A DNA stretch of 64,000 bases from Octopus vulgaris (taxonomy: Eukaryota): positions 39,246,001 to 39,310,000 of the forward strand of contig OX597833.1 in NCBI GenBank assembly GCA_951406725.2. Reading direction: 5' to 3'. The notes under the pieces are model-generated. The model searched no databases. It had not been told where the DNA came from and was given only the letters and a program-made list of their open reading frames with translations. Positions 1-12,395 of this stretch are shown here, in pieces. Position 1 is the first letter of the stretch. Every line of letters starts with the position of its first letter. The position numbers and the translations under genes were made by a program.

Positions 1-192
1 ATGTTGCAGGAGTGGCTGTGTGGTAAGTAGCTTGCTTACCAACCATATGGTTCTGGGTTCAGTCCCACTGCATGGCACCTTGGGCAAGTGTCTTCTACTA
101 TAGCCTTGGGGCGACCAAAGACTTGTGAGTGGATTTGGTAGACGGAAGCTGAAAGAAGCCCGTTGTATATATGTGTGTATATATATATATAT

Positions 193-408
193 AGATCGCC
201 ATGTTGATTCGCTAGCTTCTGCATGCATTTTTTTTTTCTCTCCTTGTTTCTTTCCGTGTTTCTTTTCTGTGTATCTTTCTGTTGAAGAGCGTAGGCTCGA
301 AATGTAAAAGACTTGTTTTATTTATATTCCTGAGCGCCATACTAATATAATTGTTTGTTTGTATTCCATCTGCCTTCGTCTTTTGTTTATTTTCATAAAG
401 CTTCCCGT

Positions 409-410
<2 letters not shown>
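193..410 (+). mobile_element. Short non-coding HHR-bearing element (probable PLE pseudo-LTR derivative)
   Basis: Closely similar copy at 62724-62945; flanked by (TA)n; contains HHR motif at 274-311. Confidence 0.7.
274..311 (+). ncRNA. Minimal type I hammerhead ribozyme-like motif (variant core)
   Basis: TCTTT-CTGTTGA-A-GAGC gtag GCTC-GAAA-TGTA-AAAGA: stem I TCTTT/AAAGA, stem II GAGC/GCTC; core has A6U and a probably CpG-decayed stem III. Confidence 0.55.
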
Positions 411-447
<37 letters not shown>

Positions 448-1130
448 GCGTGTGTATATGTTTGTGTGTCTGTATTTTTCCCCCCACCCCAACATCGTTT
501 GATAACCGATGCTGGCGTGTTTACATCCCCATAACTTAGTGGTTCGGCAAAAAGAGACCGATAGAATAAGTACTAGGCTTACAAAGATTAAGTCCTGGGG
601 TCAATTTTCTTGACTAAAGCTGGGGCTCCAGCATGGCCACAGTCATATGACTGAAACAAGTAAAAGAGTGATGAAGATGGTGATATGAATATATGACAGC
701 TTTCTTTTAGTTTCTCTCTATCAAATCTACTGACAAGGCTTTGATTGGTCCAAAGCTATAACAGAAGACACTTGTCCAAGGTGCTAGACTGAACCTAAGA
801 ACAACTCTGTGTACATTTACGCATCTTTTTCCTTGCTGGGTTTGGAAGAAGCCTTCACAGTGTCCTAGCCTTCATATACCTAACCACAAATTCATAGAAT
901 ATATTACAAAAATACCAAATTGGAAAGCCTCCTCATCAACACAAAATCATAAACCACAGAATGTACTTCAGCTGGCAGAGTCGTTAGGACCCTGAGTGAA
1001 ATGCTTAGCAGTAATCGACTTAATCCCTTTGTCTGTCCTTGTTTGTTCTCATCTATGTTTAGCCACTCTGTGGGCAATAAAGAAATATATATATATATCT
1101 ATATACATATCATAATGGGGGCCGGTTTAT

Positions 1131-1191
1131 GGGGTTACCCTGGGTTTCTTGCTCATAACGGGCTTAGCCTTACAGCATATCTTCAGACCCC
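1131..1191 (-). ncRNA. Type I hammerhead ribozyme, intact core
   Basis: Minus strand: GGGGT-CTGAAGA-taTGCTgtaaGGCtaaGCCcgttatgAGCAa-GAAA-CCC a GGG-TA-ACCCC; all three stems and a GUA cleavage triplet. Confidence 0.85.
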
Positions 1192-1942
1192 AAACACTGC
1201 ATCATGATCCTCCTCCCCCCTCTCCTCCTCCTCCTCCTCCTCCCCCTCCTCCTCCTCCTCCTCCTCCTCATCATCATCATCACCACCACCACCATCATCA
1301 TAGTTGCTTTAATGATTGTAGGGGTCAAACAAAACTAATACTGAAGCAAATGATTTTTTTTTTGCTGGCTGGATGCTTTTCTTGTTGCTAACCTTTACCT
1401 GTTCCTAAGCAAGGTAATTTTTTTTCTTCAAGTCTATCAAACAACATGATTTTGAGGAGGATGGTAAACAAACGACACACACAATTTGTATGAATGCGGA
1501 CTTTTATTTACTATCCACATGCATATCACAACAAGCAATACACACATACCTCTTTCATTCACATACAAACACACAAAATCAATCCTAAAAGATAGAAAGC
1601 AACAAAGGTATAAGTAAAGAGAGTATAAGTCTCTCCTTCATTAATACTTCCACATTTCTATCTCTATTCACATCTAGTTTTGATGATTAAAACTGGCTAT
1701 TTTGGAAAAGGATTTCAACATTTTCTTTCCTCCTTCTTTGAAATATTAGATAATGTTAGATATTCTTCCTTTCTTAGGCTTCTTTAATGGTTTTCACAAT
1801 ATTCCTTTATTGTAACTCTTTTATTGCTACATTCTTATTAATGCTTTTCCATTGATACTCATCTCTTTGTACTCTATATTTTTTTATGTAGTTATTCATT
1901 ACTACTTTTTAATTATTACCCTGTTATTGCTACTCTCTAAAG

Positions 1943-2281
1943 CAGTGATACTCAACCATCTTTTCCCTATGGATCCCTTCAATTACAACTTTATTCTGGT
2001 GGGCCACCATAACCATTCAATCTTCAAAAACTAGTCTTATAGATACTTCTTTCAACATTCCTATTTTGCTTTTCACACATTAACCTGAGTAGTTTGAACT
2101 ATGTAAAGTGTTAGAGAAAGAAACCAAGCTGTTTCTTGCAGTAAATACATTTAAATCAAAACTTTTCATGGACCTTTAAAATACAACTGTGGATCCCAAA
2201 TTTACTATGTTGCCTGCACGGACCCTGCAAAATCATATATGGACCCACAGAGGTCATGTGAACCCTGGTTGAGAACCACTG
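1943..2281. mobile_element. hAT-type MITE
   Basis: TIRs CAGTGATACTCAACC / GGTTGAGAACCACTG; 8-bp TSD CTCTAAAG/CTCTACAG. Confidence 0.75.
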
Positions 2282-2372
2282 CTCTACAGTATACTCTTCA
2301 ATTATTACTTTCCATTGTTACTCCTTCCTAGCTATTCTTTCATATAAACTCTTCCCTTGTTACTTTCTGTCA

Positions 2373-2625
2373 AGGTGCGTGGCTTAGTGGTTAGGGTGTC
2401 AGCATCGTGATCGTAAGATTGTGGTTTCAGTTCCTGGACTGGGCAATGCGTTGTGTTCTTGAGCAAAACACTTCATGTCACATTGCTCCAGTCCACTCAG
2501 CTGGCAAAAGTGAGTAACGCTTGATGGGCTGGCGTCCCATCCAGCTGGGGAACACATACGCCATTGAAACCGGGAAACCGGGCCCATGAACCTGGCTAGA
2601 CTTTAAAAGGGTGCAGTTATTTATT
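2373..2625 (+). mobile_element. tRNA-derived SINE, family B
   Basis: A box TGGCTTAGTGG, B-box-like GTTTCAGTTCC, body TTGAGCAAAACACTT...TTGCTCCAGTCCACTCAGCTG; related copies at 3736, 4398, 11636, 35455, 36462, 40388, 54075(-), 59285. Confidence 0.8.
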
Positions 2626-3672
2626 TTTATTGTTACTTTCTGACAATTGCTTTTGCATTACTACTCTTTCCTAGCTGCCCTTTAATTGCTTCATTTTATT
2701 TTTTTATATCAAAAAGTCTCTAATAAGATAAGAAACAATTTAGTGTAAGGGTCTATGAAGATGGAGAAATCAAGATGAAAGGAATAAAATTTGTTTAGAC
2801 TTGAAAGAGTTCAGGACATAAGAAGGAAGTGGGGAACTGAATGTGATGGAAAGGAATTCTAAAGTCTGGCAGTTTAAGAAAAAAAAAGTTACGGCTGTAG
2901 AAAGACTTCCTTATTTGTGGAAGCACAACAACATTTGGATGAAGATGCTGGTATTAATATTACAGTTTTACTTATCACCACTTAGTATACTCATCCCATA
3001 ATTCAATTACGATGAGCCATTAATTTGCTTAACCAGCTGATGTATGTTGACTAGAAAAACATAAGAGAGATTGTCTCTCTCTTGTCAGTTTGCAGTGCCA
3101 CTATCTGGTTTCTGTGACTGAAGGGGAGATAACTGCTCCAAAATGCTTACATCTCACAGTTTGGATAGGTGGCGCTGTAAGCTGATTTTTGTTGTTTACA
3201 TCACATGTCTACAGCAAGAAATTTTCTCTGAGACAAAACATGATGAATGGCTTGTTTACAAGTCTGAATGTGCTTTTAACATATTGGAACTGGTATTAAT
3301 GTTGCATTTTTACTTATCACTGTTTAGCACACTCACACTGTAAGCTTCAAGTCAGACAAGATGGCATAAAGTAATCTGGAATTAAGAGACAAAATTCACA
3401 AGAGCACTTCCTGTGGTAATAACAGTAAAACAAAAAAGACTAATACTAAGACTAGTAATGCCATGTTGATGTGACAAGGGTTGCAGAGTTGAAGCAAGAG
3501 AGGAACCAATCAAATTAGAGACTCACTTTTGAACCCAGTCGATTAGGTCCAAGTGACAAGATGGTGCACCATCCCAAATATGACAACGGTATCCCATACA
3601 ATTATGAATGGTAGGGGCTTGTAAAGATACATCTCCACAGCTCGTCCTCGTATGGAATAATGTTGTCATATT

Positions 3673-4675
3673 TGTCTCTTTAATTACTAATCTTTCATGG
3701 TTATTCTTTTAATTGTTTACTCCTTAATTAAAGTGGAGGCACATGGCTTAGTGGTTAGGATGTTGAACTCATGATTGTAAGATTGTGGTTTTGATTCTGG
3801 GACTGAATGATGTGTTGTGTTCTTGAGCAAGTCACTTCATTTCACATTGCTCCAGTCCACCCAGCTAGTAAGAGTAAGTATTCCTGCAACAGACTGACAT
3901 CCAGTTCAGTGGTGGTATATATTTTCATGATGAATACAGAATTACCATTTGATCATAATGAAACTATCATTTTGGCTGCTATTTCTGAAGAAAAAAAAAG
4001 AAAATAAGGCGGCAAGCTGGCAGAAACGTTAGCATGCCGGGCAAAATGTGTAGCCGTATTTCATCTACTCTTACGTTCTGAGTTCAAATTCTGCTGAGGT
4101 CGACTTTACCTTTTATCCTTTTGGGGTCGATAAATTAAGTACCAGTTATGCACTGGGGTCGATGTAATCGACTTAATCCATTTGTCTGTCCTTGTTTGTC
4201 CCCTCTGTGTTTAGCCCCTTGTGGGTAGTAAGGAAATAGGTATATATACCAAAGAATCCAGAAAACCTTCCATATGTGTCTATATGATTTAGAAAGGAGC
4301 TTTATCCTTCAATTATGACTCTTCCATAACCATTCTTGTCTCTTTAATTACTACTCTTTCATTGTTATTCTTTTAATTAGTTACTCTTTAATTAAAGTGG
4401 AGGCACATAGTTTAGTGGTTAGGGTGTTGAACTCATGAGTGTAAGATTGTGGTTTTGATTCCGGCACTGGATGATGTGTTGTGTTCTTGAGCAAGTCACT
4501 TCATTTCACATTGCTCCAGTCCACCCAGCTGGTAAGAGTAAGTGTTCCTGCAACAGACTGACATCCAGTCCAGTGGTGGTATATATACCAAAGAATCCAG
4601 AAAACCTTCTATATGTGTCTATATGATTTAGAAAGGAGCTTTATCCTCCAATTGCGACTCTTCCATTACCATTCT
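3673..4675. repeat. Local direct duplication of a ~340-bp SINE-containing unit; first copy interrupted at 3923-4239
   Basis: 3673-3922 plus 4240-4336 match 4337-4675, including non-SINE flanks. Confidence 0.75.
4008..4240 (+). mobile_element. tRNA-derived SINE, family C
   Basis: GGCAAGCTGGCAGAAACGTTAGC...GAGTTCAAATTC...GGGGTCGATGTAATCGAC; related copies at 970, 4808, 5790, 13340(-), 13720(-), 18425(-), 41085(-), 59595, 59830. Confidence 0.8.
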
Positions 4676-5079
4676 TTAATTGCTGCTCTTTCAGTATTAC
4701 TCTTTATTTGTTAGTCTTTCATTCTTACTCTTTTGTTGCCACTCTCTCATACATTTTTCATTGTTATTTCTTCATTGTTACTCTTTCACTAATGCTGCAT
4801 TATTAAGGGTGGTGAGTTGGGAGAATTGTTAGCACACTAGACACAATGCTTATCAGCATCTCATGTCTTTACATTCTGAGTTCAAATTCCACCAAAAGTT
4901 GACATTGCTTTTAATACTTTCAGATTTGATAAAGTTAGTACCAGTCAAGTACTGGGGTCGATGTAATCAACTCCCCACTCCCCTCAAAAACTGCTGGCTC
5001 TGTGACAAAATTTGAAGCCATTATTTTTGCATTATTTTTATTACAATTATATTATTATTACAATTATTATTATTATTAT

Positions 5080-5636
5080 TGAGTGAGAGAGCAGTGTATG
5101 CCATCAAAGTGACACTGGGGTAAAATATACGAAGCCCGGTATACCCATCATGACTACCCATCTGATAAGGGTACACTAGGCACATGCATCACAACCATAT
5201 GTGTGCGACATGGTGATCTCTTCTCAAGATAAACAGCACATGACCTTGCAGGTGAGGCCCAGTTAGAATTTTCTTCTGGTCAAGTAGCCCATTCCGCACA
5301 AAACGTCCCTGAATAAGGGTTGTTTAAGGATGTTGAACGAACTACTCATGTTTCCAGAGGTGAAATATTCAAGCCCCAAAGAATCCCTCTCAACACATGG
5401 CTATGATGCTCCCCCACTACTTCTGCTCATGATCAGAGATGCACATATCGTCAGCCACTAAGGGACATGATCAAGTGGTTAAGGTCAAACAACTGACAAG
5501 CAAATCTGTGGTATTGAGCAGAATATTTGCTGTAGCGCATCTTTAATACCAAGACAAAATAATGTGCATGATAACACTTCCAATCAGTTAAGATCAGCAG
5601 CCATGAGAACCACTGCCTGGTATTGCATCAAGGTAT
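5080..5636. mobile_element. Non-coding interspersed element embedded in (ATT)n
   Basis: Sharp boundaries; (ATT)n on both sides; higher GC than flanks; no ORF; single copy in this window. Confidence 0.45.
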
Positions 5637-5678
5637 TTATTATTATTATTATTATTATCATCACCATCATCATCATCA

Positions 5679-5719
<41 letters not shown>

Positions 5720-5722
5720 GTT

Positions 5723-5767
<45 letters not shown>

Positions 5768-6008
5768 ATCATCATCATTATATTATTAAGGCAGTGAGCT
5801 GGCAGAATCATTAGCAAATTGGACGAAATACTTAGCAGTATTTCGCTTGCTACTACATTCTGAGTTCAGATTCATCTGAGGTCAACTTTGCATTTCATCC
5901 TTTCTGGGTAGATAAATTAAATACCAGTGAAACACTGGGGGTGTTATAATCAATTAGTCCCCTCCCCTAAAATTCCAGACCTTGTGCCTTTAGTAAAAAG
6001 GATTTTTA

Positions 6009-6400
6009 GAGTGGCTGTGTGGTAAGTAACTTGTTTACCAGCCACATGGTTCCGGGTTCAGTCCCACTGCGTGGTACATTGGGCAAGTGTCTTCTACCAT
6101 AGCCTCGGGTTGACCAAAGCCTTGTAAGTGGATTTGGTAGACGGAAACTGAAAGAAGCCCGTCATATATATGTGTATATATATGTGTGTGTATATGTTTG
6201 TGTGTCTGTGTTTGTCACCCAACATCGCTTGACAACTGATGCTGGTGTGTTTACCTTGCTGTAACTTAGTGGTTCAGCAAAAGAGACTGATAGAATAAGT
6301 ACTAGGCTTACAAAGAATAAGTCCTGGGGTCGATTTGGTCGACTAAAGGCGGTGCTCCAGCATGGCCACAGTCAAATGACTGAAACAAGTGAAAGAGAGT
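6009..6400 (+). mobile_element. SINE family A, full length
   Basis: Colinear with the 8-668 copy but without the insertion. Confidence 0.85.
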
Positions 6401-6869
6401 AATGAGTATTGTCATTAACAAGCAAAATCCATACCTGGACTGAAATTGCATTCTCTCATTCATCATGTTAAGTCCCCTCCTTCAAACACTCATACATTGA
6501 AACTGATGGGAGTAACCATCATCATTATCATTATCATTATCATCATTATTATGAGGGTTCCACCAGTAAGCTTTGGACGTCTAATTGACACTTACTGTGA
6601 CTAGCCTAAGCAAGAGATCAGTTTAGCAGCATTTCATCTGGATTTACATTCTGTGTTAAAAAAAACCCAAAAAACTTTTATGTTTCCTGAAATCCGCCAA
6701 CACTACACCTGATATCCCACCCAACTCCATACGCTTACACACATGTATATCATGACTCATATACTGTTCACTTTCCTCACTTTTGTACATAATTCTATGT
6801 ACTATACATGCACCTTTGGCAAGTTGTGGTGTACCTGAGCACTATACACAACAATTTTATTATTATTAT

Positions 6870-7318
6870 TCAGTAGTTTTATTTTTAAAGCATGCTTTCA
6901 CTTCACTACCGAGCGCTGTGGTTTGTTGTGATGCTCTTATGGTTACTGTATTGAAAGTGTTTTGTGTAGGATGTGTGCAGTGCCTAGTAGTGCAATTTTT
7001 TGTATGTTATATATATTTGTAAGTCCTGGTATTTTTGTTATGTATTTGTCTGAATATTATTTTTTCATCTGCTGGTATTGATACATCAATTAGAAAGCAT
7101 TTTTTTCTTCGTGATCTCTGACAACTATATCTGGCCTATTGGCCTTAATTTCTCTATCTGAGTGTATTGGCATATCCCAGAGTATGGTTGCTTTCTTGTT
7201 TTCTGTGACCTTTTCTGGTGTGTGCCTATACCATCGTTTTTCTGTTGTTATTCCATAGTGTTGGCATAGCTTCCAGTGTATGTAGGTCCCAACTCTGTCG
7301 TGTCTGTGAATATATGTT
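6870..7318 (-). pseudogene. 3' fragment of a restriction-like-endonuclease non-LTR retrotransposon (R4/Dong-like)
   Basis: Translation HRHDRVGTYIHWKLCQHYG...TILWDMPIHSDREIKANRPDIVV...IDVSIP (RHD and PD..D RLE motifs), then QKIALLGTAHIL; internal deletion; flanked by (TTA)n. Confidence 0.85.
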
Positions 7319-7319
7319 G

Positions 7320-7360
<41 letters not shown>

Positions 7361-7399
7361 AGATTGACTTTTGCTTTGTATTTGTACAAGTTGACTCCA

Positions 7400-7815
7400 A
7401 GTCTCACTCAAGAGACCTCAAGAGACGAGTTAGAAGTTCAAGTTGGTGTTATGCCTAGAGTGTCATATATTTGGTTTTGCACATAGTATTGTCCTAGAGA
7501 ATGTTTAAGAAAATGGAAGAAAATTATGAATTTGTTTTAGAATTTGAGACTGTATTTTACATAGGATATAGACAATTTCCCTGAGCACTATCTTTTGAAT
7601 TTCTGTAATTTTGGAGTTTCCTGGTATCTGAGCAAGGTAAGAATCAACCCTTTTTGCTATAATTCCTAGTATTGTTTCAGTCTTGAGGTTCCACATTTTG
7701 CCAATTCCTATTTCAAGATTTTTATTCTTGCTCAGTTTTTGGTAGGTCTTGAGAGATACATTTATGCCGATTTGGACAGTCATATCAATGAGGAGGCATG
7801 ATTTTTGTCTGAAGT
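7400..7815 (-). pseudogene. Second R4/Dong-like C-terminal fragment
   Basis: KLSKNKNLEIGIGKMWNLKTETI...IPGNSKITEIQKIVL; bounded by (TTA)n arrays. Confidence 0.7.
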
Positions 7816-7823
7816 CTGTCTTT

Positions 7824-7847
7824 CATTATTATTATTATTATTATTAA

Positions 7848-7898
<51 letters not shown>

Positions 7899-7958
7899 CA
7901 TTATTATTATTATCATTATTATTATTATTATTATTATCATTATTATTATTATTATTAA

Positions 7959-8009
<51 letters not shown>

Positions 8010-8077
8010 CATTATTATTATTATTATCATTATTATTATTATTATTATTATTATCATTATTATTATTATTATTAGTA

Positions 8078-8152
<75 letters not shown>
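7824..8152. repeat. (ATT)n microsatellite
   Basis: Direct reading. Confidence 0.98.
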
Positions 8153-8153
<1 letters not shown>

Positions 8154-8374
8154 CCTGCTGAGGTTGACTTTCGGGGTTAATAAAATAATTACCAGTCAAG
8201 TACTGAGGTTGAAGCAATTTGTTTTCCTTTCCATTTCAAAACTGTTGGCGCTGAACCAAAATTTGAAACCATTCCATTTCCTGCAAGAGACTATCAACTG
8301 CACTACTTATCTCTAAGCTTGGTACTTATTTTGCCCAACTAGTATGATGATACTGACTGTAAACATAGGTAGAT

Positions 8375-8392
8375 ACACACACACACACAAAT

Positions 8393-8437
<45 letters not shown>

Positions 8438-8720
8438 TAAACACACATAAAAATAAACACACACACATGCACACACATACACATACACACACATGCACAC
8501 ATATACACACACATACACATACATACACATATGCACACACATGCACACAGGCAAACACACACACAAACATGCACACACAAATACATACACACACATGCAC
8601 ACATACAAAATAAACACACACATACACACTCATACATGCACACATTTACACATACCCACACACACAAATGCACACACACATACATACACACACACACATT
8701 TATGCATGCACACAGACAAA
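8375..8720. repeat. (CA)n-derived simple repeat
   Basis: Direct reading. Confidence 0.95.
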
Positions 8721-8962
8721 CACATCATTGGCTTCCATACAGATTTTGTCAACCAGGTTTCTCTCCCATGGCATTGGTCAACTTAAGGTTACAGTAGAAA
8801 AACCACTTGCCTAAAGAAAGTGCCCCACACTGAGATTGAACCTGAAATCCTTTGCCAGGGAAGTAAACTTCTTACCCAGACAGCTACACCGGCAACCTAT
8901 AATGAAAACCTCAAGATAAATCAATGAGTGACATTTTTATTCTGGTTTATCATTTAAATATT

Positions 8963-8985
8963 GACTACTGCTGCTGCTGCTGCTG

Positions 8986-9068
<83 letters not shown>

Positions 9069-9285
9069 GCTGCTGCTGCTGCTGCTGCTGTGGTTGTGGT
9101 GGTGTTGGCAGTGGTGGCTACCACCATTACCATCACTACTACTACCACTCCAAATACTGCTATCCTATTATCTCTCCTACCACTACCACCACCACCATCA
9201 CCATCACCATCACCATCAGCAATGAATGTGTAAATTTTATTAATATTTCAACTTCTAGGAAATAATTAGATTTGAGAGAAGCTGC

Positions 9286-9342
<57 letters not shown>

Positions 9343-9444
9343 TGTGATGGCCATGATGATGATGATGATGATGATGATGATACTAATGTAATAATAACAG
9401 TAATAGAAAATAGAAATAACTAATGATGATAATGATGATGATGG

Positions 9445-9485
<41 letters not shown>

Positions 9486-9729
9486 GTGATGGTGATGATT
9501 GTGGTGGCTGTGGTGATAGTGGGGATAGCAATGATGATGATGATGATGATAATGACCAGGATAGGAAGAAAATGATAATGATGGCAACGATGATGTTGAC
9601 GACGATGATTATTACGATGGCGACGATAAATGATGATAATGATGATGAGGAGGAGGAGGAAGGAGCGATAATGATGTGATGATGGTGCTTGTGATTTTGA
9701 TGTCCGTAATAGTAGTATTGAAAATAGAT

Positions 9730-9793
<64 letters not shown>

Positions 9794-9900
9794 CGATGGT
9801 AATAATGATGACGATGGTAATAATGATGAGGCTGATGATAATGACAATGATGATGATCATCATCACGATCATGTTGGTGTTGATGATGATGATGATGATA

Positions 9901-9939
<39 letters not shown>

Positions 9940-10320
9940 GTGGTGTTGATGATGATAATAATGATGATGATAATGATAATGAAGATGGTGATGATTGTGG
10001 AGGTTGTGGTGATAGTGGGGATGGCAATGATGACGACGATGGTAATAATGATGAGGCTGATGATGATGACGATGATGATCATTATGATGATCGTGTTGGT
10101 GTTGATGATGATGATGATGGTGGTGTTGGTGGTGATGATGGTCATGATAGTGATAATGAATTTTATGATAAAGATGATGATAATGATGACAATAATGATA
10201 TGGACAATAATGATGTTGATGGTACTGATGATAGTAGCAGCAAATATTAGTGTTGTTGTTGTTGTTGTAGTAGATGTTGTTCTTGTTGTCGTTGCTATTT
10301 ATGGCGGTGGTGGTAGTGGT
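8963..10320. repeat. Compound trinucleotide array (CTG/CTA/AAT/GAT)n
   Basis: Direct reading; source of the poly-His/Met/Ile ORFs. Confidence 0.95.
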
Positions 10321-10690
10321 CATAATATAATTTTAGTTTTAATATGACATCAAAATCCGATTTGAATATTTTCTTGTGAAATAAATAAATAAACAAATAA
10401 ATAAACATTTCAACAAAAACAAAACACTAGAAAAATATATACGTAAAAAAAAAGCATGTAATTAAAATATGAAAGAAAATTACCTCAAACTGCACTAAAT
10501 TGACTTAAATTTCAGCAAGCTTTAAGATTTTCTGATCACAGCGATCTTTATCTATCCATCTATCTATCTGTCTGTCTGTCTGTTTGTCTGTCTCTCTATC
10601 TATCTATCTGTTTGTCTGTCTGTCTATCTATCTATCTATCTATCTATCTGTTTGTCTATCTATTTATCTGTCTGTCTGTTTTTCTATCTG

Positions 10691-10741
<51 letters not shown>

Positions 10742-10910
10742 CTTCTCCTCTCTCTTTCTATATCTATCTATCTATCTATCTATCTTTTCTTCCTCTTGCT
10801 CTCTCTATATATATAGAGTGAGAGAGAGAAAGAGAGAGGGAGAAAAAGATAGATAGATAGGTTGGTAGGTAGGTATATATATGTATGTGTGTGTGTGTGT
10901 CTCTCTCTCT

Positions 10911-10941
<31 letters not shown>

Positions 10942-11346
10942 ATATATATATATATGTATAAATATATAAATGCATATAAAAGAATCTGTATCTATATATA
11001 TATTGTGTATACATATGTAAGTATATATATGTCTATATGTATGCATGTATGTATGAACATATGTGCACACACACACATTTATATTTGAGTGAATATTTAT
11101 ATTCCTTCTTTTTACTCCAGCTATTGAAGGTAATGTTTGTTGACATTACCTGTCAACCAAATTTGTCCTCTAGCTCTGTGCTTTTGAAGAAATATGAAAT
11201 AAAAATATCACTTACCTGAAAAACAGGTAAGATTTAATGATAGGAAAAGAGCATCTGGCTGAAATATGTCTGAATATGTATGCATTTAACCTATGCTAGC
11301 ATAGAAAACAAATGCGAAACAAATGAATAAGCCTATATATATATAT

Positions 11347-11635
11347 CATCATCATCATCATCATTGTTTAACGTCTGTTTTCCCTGCTAGCACAGGCTGG
11401 ACAGTTCGACCGGGTTCTGGGAAGTCAGGAGGCTGCACCAGGCTCCAGTCTGATCTGGCAGTGTTTCTACAGCTGGATGCCCTTCCTAACGCCAACCACT
11501 CCGTGAGTGTAGTGGGTGCTTTTTACGTGCTACCGGCACAGGTGGCAGAGGAGTCTGGTAGCGGCCATGATTGGTTGGTACTTTTTATGTGCCACCGGCA
11601 CAGAAGCCAGTCAAGGTGGCACTGGCATTGGCCAC
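11347..11635 (-). mobile_element. SINE/LINE-tail family D, ending in (GAT)n
   Basis: Reverse complement of 15800-16093; shared GGAAGGGCATCCAGCTGTAGAAAC and a GTTAAAC(GAT)n tail. Confidence 0.75.
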
Positions 11636-11966
11636 GTGCATGGCTCAGTGGTTAGAGCATCGAGCTTATGATTGTGAGGTTGTGAGTTTGAATCCTGGAC
11701 CGGGCTGCGTATTGTGTTCTTGAGCAAGACACTTTATTTCATGTTGCTCCAGTTCACTCAGCTGTAGAAATGCGTTGTGACGTAACAGGTGCCAAGCTGT
11801 ATCGGCTACTGTCTTTCTCTTGGATAACACTGGTGGCATGGAGAGGGGAGGCCGGTATGCATGGGCGACTGCTGGTCTTCCATAAACAACCTCGCCTGGA
11901 CTTGTGCCTGGGAGAGTAACTTTCTACATGCAATCCCATGGTCAGTCATGACTGAAGGGGGTCTCA
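11636..11966 (+). mobile_element. SINE family B (long form)
   Basis: Same sequence as 40388-40715 and, inverted, 54075-54382. Confidence 0.8.
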
Positions 11967-12018
11967 CTATATATATACATACATACTTTTATTAAAGCTG
12001 CAAAATTATCACAAACAC

Positions 12019-12058
12019 ACTGTTACTCAGAGTTTCACATTCCCGTTCATCAGGCAGT
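12019..12058 (-). ncRNA. Minimal type I hammerhead ribozyme
   Basis: Minus strand: ACTGc-CTGATGA-AC gggaat GT-GAAA-CTC t GAG-TA-aCAGT; canonical core, one stem I mismatch. Confidence 0.75.
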
Positions 12059-12350
12059 TGTGATGAAAACTGAATTGGAATTGTGGTGGTACATGTAATA
12101 TAGTGTCGTATAGTTCAGCCTTAATGAAAGCATATTACTCTACCTTTGGTGTTTGAGTACTATTTTCTCCACCATGTTTTGCACTTATATGCTCACCTGT
12201 GTGTGTGTATACATATATATATATAAATAATATATATATATATATGTATGTATGTGTGTATGTGTAGGTATGTATAGGTACACATGTGTATGTGTATGTG
12301 TATGTGTGTGTGTGTATGTATGTGCACACATGTATATATATGTATGCGTG

Positions 12351-12395
<45 letters not shown>

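Larger units (their letters stand above)
8..668 (+). mobile_element. tRNA-derived SINE, family A (octopus-type), interrupted at 193-410 by an HHR-bearing element
   Basis: Head GGAGTGGCTGTGTGG...GGTTCAGTCCC (A/B-box-like), central TA/TG tract, 3' end ...CCAGCATGGCCACAGTC...CTGAAACAAGTAAAAGA; more than 10 near-identical copies in the window. Confidence 0.85.

Noticed and set aside
36-224. Recurrent peptide IVEDTCPRCHAVGLNPEP in many ORFs
   Set aside because: Antisense reading of SINE family A, not a gene family
2373-2450. tRNA genes
   Set aside because: A/B boxes are present but continue into a SINE body, and no complete cloverleaf is evident
5582-5632. Short resemblance to U2 snRNA (CCTGGTATTGCA)
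   Set aside because: Only about 12 nt match; no Sm site or colinear similarity
9160-10347. Long ORFs of 387, 223 and 177 aa, and similar poly-amino-acid ORFs elsewhere
   Set aside because: Translations of trinucleotide or dinucleotide microsatellites with no complex coding signal
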